The translations under genes were made by a program, and so were the position numbers. Source: Hypanus sabinus (taxonomy: Eukaryota). Taken from it: 64,000 nucleotides of DNA. Each line of letters opens with the position of its first letter. Within the stretch, counting starts at the first letter, position 1. The DNA is taken from positions 23,064,001 through 23,128,000 of the forward strand of contig NC_082721.1 in NCBI RefSeq assembly GCF_030144855.1, read 5' to 3'. The notes under the pieces were generated by a model, which was given only the letters and a program-made list of their open reading frames with translations, was not told the origin of the DNA and did no database searches. Of this stretch, positions 52,020-62,470 are shown piece by piece.

Positions 52020-53385
52020 CCACCAACCATCCAGGCCATTCCCTCTTCTTGCTCCTGCCACCAGGAAGGAGATACAGGCACCTTAGGTCCCACACTGACA
52101 GGTTCAGGAGCAGTTATTGCCCCGCAACCATCAGGCTCCTGAACCAGCGTGGATAACTTCACTCACTTCAACGCTGAACTGATTCCACAACCTGTGGACT
52201 CACTTTCAAGGACTGTACCACTCGTGTTCTCAGTGTTATTTGTTCTTTTTTTTTGATTTGCTCAGTTTGTCTTCTTTTGCGGATTGGTCGTTTGTCAGGC
52301 TTTGCTTGCATGTAGTTTTTCACTGATTCTATTGTATTTCTTTGTTCTACTGTGAAGGCCCGTAAGAAAATAAATTTTGGAGTGGTATATGGAGGCATTT
52401 AATTTAAATCGAACTTTGAACTTTGAATGTCATCCTGTTACTTCACAGAAGCCAACAGTCCTCGTTGAAAGGGAGCACTCTTTATTAAATCCATGGACGT
52501 TTGAGCAGAAGAGGATCAGAATGTCACCACACCCCTGACAGCACCCAATACACCTGAACCCACATTCACTGTTGTGCAAGTAAGATCAGTTTTCTGGAGC
52601 GAGAACCCATCTGACCTGGACAGTGTCCCTGGCTGTATCCTCAGATCCTGCACAGATTAGCTGCCGCAGATATTAGCAGACATTTTTAATCTCTCCATGC
52701 TTCCCTCTGAGGTTCCTATCTGCTTTAAGAAGGGCACTGTCTACCCAGTACCTAAGAAAAACAAGGTAACTTGCTTTAATGACTACCGTCCAGTTGCTTT
52801 GACATCCACCATCATGAAATGCTTCAAGAGGCTGGTCTTGGCATGTACAAACTCCAGGCTCCCAGATACCTGCAATATGCCTGCTACTGATATAGGTAGA
52901 TGCCACCTCTCTAGTTCTACACTCATCTCTGCAGCTTTTAGACAGGAAAAGCACCGATGTTCAGAGTATTTTTGACCAACTGCAGCTCTGCCTTCAATCC
53001 TATAATTCGAGGCAAAGTTCACCTCCAAACTCTTAAATCTGGGACTCAACTCCTCCCTTTGTAACTGACCAACAGACTGCACTCCGTAATGACAGACGCC
53101 CACACCCCCATCGCGATTATTCTCAACAAGGGTGCCCCACAAGGCTGCGTCCTCAGCCCCCTCTTCTACTCTCCCTCTGTTTGTGACCTCTTGGCCGGAT
53201 TCTGCACTAACTCCGCCCACAAGTTCAAAGGTGATACCGCCAGAAGTGGGCCGAAACGCAAAATAACCATGAGGCGGAGTACAGAAAGGAGATTGAGAGT
53301 CTAGTGACGTGTTGTTATGACAACAACTTTTCCCTCAATGTCAACAAACAAAAGGGTTGGGTATTGAAGTGGGAGCGGTGCACAG
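52020..53385 (+). repeat. Two Rex/Babar-type LINE fragments (3' end at 52020-52425; RT part at about 52520-53385)
   Basis: VPKKNKVTCFNDYRPVALTSTIMKCFKRLV and [15 protein letters not shown] (ttgaact) tail lies near 52410-52425. Confidence 0.8.
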
Positions 53386-53726
53386 TCAGATATAGATATA
53401 GTTATAGTTATATATATCTATCTATCTATATATATATATATATGTTTGTGACTCCTTCCTGTGAGTACTTGGGTTAATTCCCACATTCCCCAGATATACT
53501 GGCTAGTAGGGTACTTAGTCATTATAAATTATTCTCTGTTTAGGCTAGGATTAAATAGGTGGGTTGCTGTGCGGTACAGCTCGTTGGGCTGGAAGGGCCT
53601 GTTCTGCGCTGTATCTCCAGGTAAGTAAGTAATAAATAAAATTTGGATGAAAATGTAGATGGGTGGTTAGTAAGTCTGCAAATGACACAAATATTTCTGG
53701 AGTTGTGGACAGTATAGAGGACTACC

Positions 53727-54018
53727 AAAGGGGTGATACAGCTCCCGTTACATGCATGTACAGTTCAACTCTTTGAGTGAAAATGCAGAAAGTTTGAAGT
53801 TAATAACTCATCTCCTTCTACCTTAGGCCACAAACTTATCAATCACCCCATACTGTGGACCACTCCTGGAGGTCCAAGATGCCGACTTCTACAAAGAAAG
53901 GATCCGTTTCCTCCACGACTGCTGGACTAAGTGTGTAAATGCAGGAAAAATAAACGTGCTAGGTTTTCTACAATTGACTCCTTCTTCCTTAGGCCGTGTA
54001 CTTATCTATCACCCCTTG
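53727..54018 (+). mobile_element. Mariner-derived non-autonomous element inserted in an old CR1
   Basis: Termini AGGGGTGAT / ATCACCCCTTG|TA. The remnant FYKERIRFLHDCWTKCVNAG resembles the mariner transposase C-terminus. Confidence 0.65.
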
Positions 54019-54384
54019 TATCAATCAATTGTATTTATGGGTGGAGTAATAGCAGATGGAATTTAATCCAAACAAGTGTGATGTGTGGCACTTTGGGAAG
54101 TCAATTGTAAGGGGAAAGTACACAGAGAATGATAGGGCCTTTAAGAGCACCAACGTGCAGGGAGAAAGTGACAAAAGAAGATGATTGGATGGTGAAGACT
54201 GAGTACGGCATGCTTGGTTTTGTTGGTCAGAGCACTGAGAACAAAAAAAATTGACGTTACAGTATATTGCAACTGTAGTCAGGCTGCATTTGAATAGTGT
54301 TCCGTTCTGGTCACCCCATTACAGGAAGGAAAGTGGAGACACTGGAAAGGTTGTATTGGTGGTTTACCAGGATGCTGCCAAGAT

Positions 54385-55731
54385 TAGACAATAGACAATA
54401 GGTGCAGAAGTAGACCATTCAGCCCTTCGAGCCTGCACTGCCATTTTGAGATCATGGCTGATCATCTACTATCAATACCTGGTTCCTGCCTTGTCCCCAT
54501 ATCCCTTGATTCCCCTATCCATAAGATACCTATCTAGCTCCTTCTTGAAAGCATCCAGAGAATTGGCCTCCACTGCCTTCCGAGGCAGTGCATTCCAGAC
54601 CCCCACAACTCTCTGGGAGAAGAAGTTTTTCCTTAACTCTGTCCTAAATGACCTACCCCTTATTCTCAAACCATGCCCTCTGGTACTGGACTCTCCCAGC
54701 ATCTAGAACATATTTCCTGCCTCTATCTTGTCCAATCCCTTAATAACCTTATATGTTGCAATCAGATCCCCTCTCAATCTCCTTAATTCCAGTGTGCACA
54801 AGCCCAGTCTCTCTAACCTCTCTGCGTAAGACAGTCCTGACATCCCAGGAATTAACCTTGTGAATCTACGCTGCACTTCCTCTACAGCCAGGATGTCCTT
54901 CCTTAACCCTGGAGACCAAAACTGTACACAATACTCCAGGTGTGGTCTCACCAGGGCCCTGTACAAATGCAAGAGGATTTCCTTGCTCTTGTACTCAATT
55001 CCCTTTGTAATAAAGGTCAACATTCCATTAGCCTTCTTCACTGCCTGCTGCACTTGCTCATTCACCTTCAGTGACTGATGAACAAGGATTCCTAGATCTC
55101 TTTGTATTTCTCCCTTATCTAACTCTATACCGTTCAGACAATACTCTGCCCTCTTGTTCCTGCTTCCAAAGTGGATGACTTCACATTTATTCACATTGAA
55201 TGACATCTGCCAAGTATCTGCCCACTCACCCAGCCTATCCAAGTCACCCTGAATTCTCCTAACATCCTCATCACATGTCACACTGCCACCCAGCTTAGTA
55301 TCATCAGCAAACTTGCTGATGTTATTCTCAATGCCTTCATCTAAATCGTTGATGTAAATCGTAAACAGCTGTGGTCCCAATACCGAGCCCTGTGGCACCA
55401 CACTAGTCACCACCTGCCATTCCAAGAAACATCCATTCACCGTTACCCTTTGCTTTCTATCTGCCAACCAGTTTTCTATCCATGTCAATATCTTCCCCCC
55501 AATGCCATGAGCTCTGATTTTACCCACCAATCTCCTATGTGGGACCTTATCAAATGCCTTCTGAAAATCGAGGTACACTACATCCACTGGATCTCCCTTG
55601 TCTAACTTCCTGGTTACATCCTCGAAAAACTCCAGTAGATTAGTCAAGCATGATTTGCCCTTGGTAAGTCCATGCTGGCTAGGCCCAATCCTATCACTGC
55701 TATCTAGATATGCCACTATTCCATCTTTAAC
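54385..55731 (-). mobile_element. Young 5'-truncated CR1 (same family as 6514-7765) nested in an older + strand CR1 (about 53625-56060)
   Basis: RT ORF 55716-54472 with one premature TAG at 54703-54705. It shares the 3' UTR and (CTATTGT)n tail of the other copy. The host CR1 reads aggatgctgccaagatt|agaggatatt across the insertion. Confidence 0.95.
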
Positions 55732-56237
55732 AGAGGATATTAATTGTGAGGTGGGACAGACTTCAGTTCTTTTTCTTTATGGAATGCCATAGGCTGAGAG
55801 GAGACTTGGTAGATGTTTATAAAAGCATGAGAAGAATAAGACCTCTCCTATGTCTCCTCTCACAGGTAGTCAGAGTCTCTTTCCCAGGGCAGAAATATCA
55901 AATATGCGAGGGCATAAATTTAAGGTGAGGGGTAAAAAGTTGAAAGAAGACATAGAAGGAAACTTCTATTTTTAAATTACAGAAAATGATACGTTCATGG
56001 AAGACAGTGGCAGGGTGGTGATGGAAACAGATACAACAAAGAGTCCTTTAAGAGGCTTTCAGATGTTGCATTTTGGGAGGTCAAATGTAAGGGGAAAGTG
56101 TACGGTTAAAGGCAGGACTCTCAACAACATTTGATTCACTGAAGGATCTTGGCATACAAATCCATAGCTCACAAATGTAGCCCTGCAAAGATAGGGTGGG
56201 AAAGAAGGGTATGGCATGTTTGCCTCCATTGGTCAGG

Positions 56238-57430
56238 CGCAATCTCAATGGCTCTCCACACGGCTTTAGATCACCTGGACAACACAAACACCTCTGTCAG
56301 GATGCTGTTCATCGACTATAGCTCAGCATTTAATACCATTCCCACAATCCTGATTGAGAATTTACAACCTGGGCCTCTGTACCTCCCTCTGCAATTGGAT
56401 CCTCAACTTCCTAACCAGAAGACCACAATCTGTGTGGATTGGTGATAACATATCCTCCTTGCTGACGATCAACACTGGCACACCTCAGGGGTGTGTGCTT
56501 AGCCCACTGCCCTACTCTCTATATACACAGGACTGTGTGGCTAGGCAAAGCTCAAATGCCATCTATAATCTCAGGTGGCAATGAGAGGGCGTACAGGAGT
56601 GAGATATGCCAACTAGTGGAGTGGTGCCACAGCGACAACCTGGCATTCTACATCAGTAAGACGAAAGAACTGATTGTGGACTTCAGGAATGGTAAGACGA
56701 AGGAACACATACCAATCCTCACAGGGGGATCAGAAATGGAGAGAGTGAGCAGCTTCAAGTTCCTGGGTGTCAAGATCTCTGAGGATCTAACCTAGTCCCA
56801 ACATGTCGATGTAGTTTTAAAGAAGGCAAGACAGCAGCTATATTTATCAGGAGTTTAAAGATATTTGACATGTCAACAAATACACTCAAAAACTCCTATA
56901 GTTGTACAATGAAGAGCATTCTGACAGGCTGCATCACTGTCTGGTATGGAGAGGCTACTGCACAGGACCAAAAGAAGCTGCAGAAGGTTGTAAATCTAGT
57001 CAGCTCCATCTTGGGTACTAACCTACAAAGTACCCATGACATCTTTAGGGAGCGGTGTCTCAGAAAGGCAGCGTTCATTATTAAAGACCTCCAGCACCCA
57101 GGACATGCCTTTCTCTCACTGTCACCATCAGGTAGGAGGTACAGAAGCCTGAAGGCACACACTCAGCGATTCAGGAACAGCTTCTTCCCCCCTGCCATCT
57201 GATTCCTAAATGGACAATGAATCTTTGGACACGACCTCACTTTTTTTTTAATATATAGTATTTCTGGGTTTTTTTAATCTATTCAATATACATAATTGAT
57301 TTACTTATTTATTATTTTTTAATTCTTTCTCTGCTAGATTATGTATTGCATTGAACTGCTACTGCTAAGTTAACAAATTTCATGTCACATGCCAGTGATA
57401 ATAAACCTGATTCTGATTCTGAGTCTGAGT
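56238..57430 (+). mobile_element. 5'-truncated Rex/Babar-type LINE inserted in a CR1 remnant
   Basis: [37 protein letters not shown] and RFRNSFFPPAI, ending in aataaacctgattctgattctga. Confidence 0.88.
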
Positions 57431-57889
57431 ATACCAGTAAGGCAGCTACGTAAAGCTTTAGTTTGGCCACACTCCATTACAGGAACAATGTAGAGTGTTT
57501 GGAGAGTGCGTAGAGGAGGATTCCCCGAAGGCTACTTGGATTAGAGAGTGTGAGCAACAAGAGAGGCTGGGCAAATTTGGATTGTTTTCTCCAGAATGTC
57601 TGAGGGGAGAACTGATAGAAGTTTATAAAATTATGAGAGGGATGGAAAAGATTGACAATCCGAATCTTTTTCCTCAGGATAGAAACATCAAGTGGAATTC
57701 AAAGTAAATTTATAATCAAAGTAAGTATACGTCACCATATACAAACCTGAGATTCATTTTCTGACAGGCATTCACGATAGAACAATAGAATCAATGAAAA
57801 ACTACGCACGAACAAAGACTGACAGCAACCAATATGCAAAAGAAGACAAACAGTGCAAACAAGCAAATAATAATAATGATAATTACATA

Positions 57890-58155
57890 AGTAGGGTGGT
57901 ACTGTAGCACCGGTTCAATTCCCACCGCGACCTGTAAGTAATTTGTATGTTCTCCCTCTGACTGCGTGGGTTTCCTCCAGGTGCTCCGGTTTCCTCCCAC
58001 AGTCCCAAGACGTACCGATTAGTAGGTTCATTGATTATTGTAAACTATCCTGTCATTAGGCTCGGATTAAATCCATGGGGGGGGAGGGTATTGCAGGGTG
58101 ACGCAGCTTGAAGGGTCGGATGTGTCTAGTCCGCAATGTACCTCAATAAAAATAA
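57890..58155 (+). repeat. V-SINE-like element
   Basis: ggttcaattccc B-box-like head and a gtttgtatgttctcc..gggtttcctccaggtgctccggtttcctcccacagtcccaagac core. Confidence 0.65.
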
Positions 58156-59789
58156 ATAATACTGGGAACATGAGTTGTAGAGGACAGTTAAGGTGCATGC
58201 ATTTAAGGTGGTGGTAGCGGCAGCTCAAAGAAGATGTGTGGAAGAAATCTTTTACACAGAGAGCAGTGGGTGCTTGCAACAGGCTGTCAGGGTCGTGCTG
58301 AAAGCGGATGATATGATAGGCACTTTTAAGAGGATGTTAGATAAACATACGAAAATAAAAGGAATAGAGGATATGGTTCATGAAGAGATTTAGTTTAATT
58401 CAACCGTCGTGTTGAGCGCAGACATCGTGGTCGGAAGCATCTGTCCTGTTCTATATTCTAATAATAATTTAAAGGCAGATACATTGCTTTGGGTAATTGC
58501 ATGCGTTTTTGTGGGCTTTGTCAGAGGAATATGGAGAGCAGATGGCATCTGCTGAGAGCATTACTGGAAGAATGTAGACAGTAGGAGGAGATGAGGAGGG
58601 CTCGTCAGAAACAGGAATTACACGAGAACTGCCATCACAGGCAGAGACTTGCAATATTCTGAGGACTAGCATTCACTGATTTCTGCAGGGAAGTAGTTAT
58701 TCCTTGTAGGTGGTCTATCTAAATGGGAGTTTCAGTATCTTTACAGCTTGCAATGCTTTTAAATGTGGGTTCTTACAAAACTGAAGGAAGTCCTGCCATG
58801 GTCCCCTCCCCCCCACCTCCTTCTGCCCAAATAAAGCCATGCAAATCTTTGTTCGGGAATGTAACAAAATAATTTCCAAACAGCTTCCCAAAAAAAAACA
58901 GGAATTTTTTTATATCTGTTCCAGTAAGTCTAGAAGAATCTGTATCTGCTCTGACTGGAAATCTGGACGTTGGCAGATGAGTTCACAAGTGTAAGAAGGA
59001 AAGATAATTTCCTGGAACTGTTGATGAAAACAAAATTTCAGGAGCTGTCCAAGGCAGGTGAGGTCAGAGTGAGCAGGAGGCTAGCAATGAATGAAATGCA
59101 AGGAATTTCCACTCTGCTGAGGAATCTGGGCCAATGAGGGAAGGGCCAGCCTGTTTTGTGTTCACACACTGCTCCAACTGCGAACATGACCTGATAGGCA
59201 GCCAACTGGCACGCCGGATCTGACTAGACCAATCACAAAACCCATCTTGTGCATCAGCACTGAAAGCGACAGCACAAGACAATATCATTTGTTATTCTCT
59301 TCAGTCTAGGACTTCCTGTCTTTATCTTAGTAATGAAGTTATTTCGTGTTAAAGTGGGAGACTGTAGATTCTGCAGCCCCGGCTGCTCAGACAGGGAATT
59401 TATTTCCAGGGAAGTAGGCCAAACCATGCAGGCACTTTTCAGACTGAGGAAATTTTGTATTGCAGCTGACTAGACAGGAGATATTTTTGACCAGTAATAG
59501 ACTAAAGGAGCATTTTATTGTACAGTAGAGACTTAATGTGCATTGATTCAGTGCGCTAGACTGGAAGGAGGGGTGGGGACAGTCATGAGGGGGAAGGAGA
59601 ACAGACTGAGTAATGGGGATGTTTAGTTGTTTTATCCAACTGGGAGTTTAACAAGACTACAGGAATCTGAGTGTCTAGTCTCGAGCTAATGCTTTGGATG
59701 TGTTATACATTTTCATACTGAATACCGTTGTTTTGAGGACAAAGCAGCAGAGCCCTTATTATTTTGCAAGTTCTTATTGAAAGAATAAT

Positions 59790-60745
59790 ATTTTTTATTA
59801 TCACTAATTTTTATTGCAACACCAACAAATTACATTCAATACAACCAGTTGCTGATTACATTTTGACTGTTTAACCCAGCCACCCCCCAACCCTCATCCC
59901 CACCCTCCTCTCCACCCCTCTCTTTCCCCCCCACCCCTCTCCCCTCCACCAGCCAACCGAATAGTAGTGCATACACAGACAGAGCATTCCTATTTTAACA
60001 GAGGATCTTTTAAGTTAGATATCAAACTTGTCCACATTAAGATTGAGTTTGGTCGTGCATCGTTTATTCTTGCTGATGATAATTTCAGGTAAGAAATGTC
60101 CAAAAAGCTCCGAAGCCAGTGAGTATTTGAAATATCATGGGGGGGGGGGAGGTTTCCAACGCTGGTCTACAATCTTCCTAGCTGCAGTCAGGCCTGCCAA
60201 CCAGATTTTGTGTATTTTTTCCATGAGGGAAAGGTGTGAGTCATCATTTAGAAGATGTAGGCGGGGCCCATTGGTAATCGTACCCCCGTTAGTTCAGTAA
60301 GGGTACTGATAACCTTCCCCTACAAACCAAAAACCCCTGGATATCCCCATACAACATGTATAAAAGAGCCAACGGTTCCGTGGGGGCAAAATGAGCAATA
60401 TGGGTCAGGAACCAGTCCCATTTGATGTCCAATTCTTGGTGTTAGATATGCTCTATGACAAAATTTCAAGTGTATATACTGATGATTTGGGTTTTTCAAA
60501 GCACCAGCAGCTTTATCCCAAATCACATCCCAGTCTAAATCTTGTCCCAATTCACATATGTCCCTGTCCCAGGCTCTGATTCCCGATGTGGGCATATATT
60601 TCTGGGAGTTTAATTTATCATAGATATATGACACTATCTGTCTTGGAACACCCTGGATCCAACTTAAAATGGGATGGTAAAGAATAATATTTTAAAAATT
60701 TATCTAATATCCCATCTCATGGTGTTGCACCCTAATTTGGAGTGT
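59790..60745 (-). mobile_element. L1-clade LINE 3' fragment (ORF2 C-terminal cysteine-rich domain)
   Basis: WDRD..DWDVIW..IHLKFCHRAYLTPR..DPYCSFC..GSFIHVVW, with an A-rich 3' tail (aataaaaattagtgataataaaaaa on the minus strand). Confidence 0.8.
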
Positions 60746-60754
60746 TGTGTGCTT

Positions 60755-61245
60755 ACCTACAGGAAAGATATCAATAAGATTGAAAGAGTACACAGAAAAT
60801 TTATAAGGATGTTGCTGGGACTTGAGGACCCGAGTTATATTGAATAGGTTCGGACTTCATTCCCTGGAGTATAGGCGAATAAGCGGAGACCGGATAGAGG
60901 CATATAAAATTATGAGGGGTATAAATAGGGTAAACACAAGCAGGCTTTTTCCACTGAGGTTGAGTGAAAGTAGAACTAGAGGTCAGAGGTTAAGGGTGAA
61001 AGGTGAAATGTTTAAGGGGAACCTGAGGAGTAACTTCTTCACTTAGAGGACAGTGAGAATATGGAATGTTACAGTGGTGGATGGTTCCCATTTCAACATT
61101 TAAGAGAAGATACCAGAGGCACATGGATGGGAGGGGTATGGAGGGCCCTGGTGGGTGCAGGCTGATGAAACTAGGCAGTGTAATAGTTCGGCACAATTAG
61201 GAGGGTCTGTTTCTATGCTGTGGAGCTCTATGACTCTCTGACTCT
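60755..61245 (+). repeat. CR1 3' fragment
   Basis: YRKDINKIERV..RLFPLRLSESRTRGQRLRVKGEMFKGNLRSNFFT, with a (ctctatga) tail. Confidence 0.8.
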
Positions 61246-62337
61246 CTCCTTTGTAATCTACTGAAACTCGTGCCTTTCAATGTGGCGCTTCAGTTTGCTA
61301 AGTGATGCTGGCGTATAACGCCGGAGGTACAGTAGTGCAGCAGTTTTGCTTCAGATGTGACTCTCAAAGTACATTTATTATCGAAGTAGGTGTACATTAT
61401 ACAAGCCCGAGATGTGCCTCCTTACACATAGCCACAAAACAAAGAAACCCAAGAGAACCCATAAAAAAAAAGACCGTCAAACACCCAATGTGCAGAGAGG
61501 AGGGAAAAAAAAACAAATGGTACAAACAATGGACATCAGTGAATAGCATTCAGAATGTAAGTAAGTCCACAGGCCTGAAGCCCAGTGCAGACGGAGCAGG
61601 CCACAGCCCCACTCCAGCGCAGATCAGTGAGGAGAACTGGCTCGAACCTCACCTCTGGTCCCGACACCCTGCCTTTTCGACCTGACCTGGCTCTTAAGTC
61701 GAGTGGTTTCCTGCTTTAGGGCTCGGGCTTCAATACACTCTGGGCCTGGACCCTGCCGCCACGTTTCAGCCCGTACCTGACCTTTCCAAGTGGGCCTAAT
61801 ATCAACCTGGTCAACCATCAGGTTGTCTCAGTTCGGCCTATGCTTAGCATGGAATTTGACCTTTAGAAAGTTGCACTAAGTAGAGAAAGCGAGTTCAAAC
61901 ACAACCAACTCAACTTCATTCCCTTAGCCCTGAAGTTTGAACCTTAAGAGATCTCCAGAAGTGTTTATTCTTACCACTTAAATGATTTCACCCATTCAAA
62001 ATGCCAGACTTCAGTTTATAACATGGGGGCTATTCTTTGTGTGAACTCTGTATCATAGTATTGAGCCTCCTTTTGTGACAGTCCTTTTCTGGTGTTAGTT
62101 TGTCACTGAATGCAGATGAACATTCCAGCACTATTAAAATGTTGTTCTCAGATTATTATTCCTGCTTTATAAGACTATTGACAATATTCCAAACCACAAA
62201 TTAATGATTTCAACATAAAGCATGACGACAAAGCAGTTTTATAACATTCTCACCAACCCTGTTAACATTCTTGACATTTCTGGACAGGTAGGAAAGTTGT
62301 ACATGGCATTCAGCAAAACCATGGAATCTAATCAAGT

Positions 62338-62470
62338 GCAAACACGAGGAAATCTGCAGATGCTGGAAATTCAAACAACAACCCACACAAAATGCTGGTG
62401 GAACACAGCAGGCCAGGCAGCATCTATAGGGAGAAGCACTGTCAATATTTCGGGCCGAGACCCTTCGTCA
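62338..62470 (-). repeat. Penelope-derived terminal unit with a hammerhead core and a 14-bp TSD
   Basis: The minus strand reads CTGACGA-a-gggtctcggccc-GAAAT-ATT-gacag. The TSD GAATCTAATCAAGT is at 62324-62337 and 62471-62484. Confidence 0.88.

Noticed and set aside
53388-53442. (TA)n-rich stretch
   Set aside because: An ordinary microsatellite.
921-62470. Any single hammerhead copy as a currently active ribozyme
   Set aside because: Every copy has a core substitution, a stem III mismatch or a lost stem I. Only the consensus is complete.
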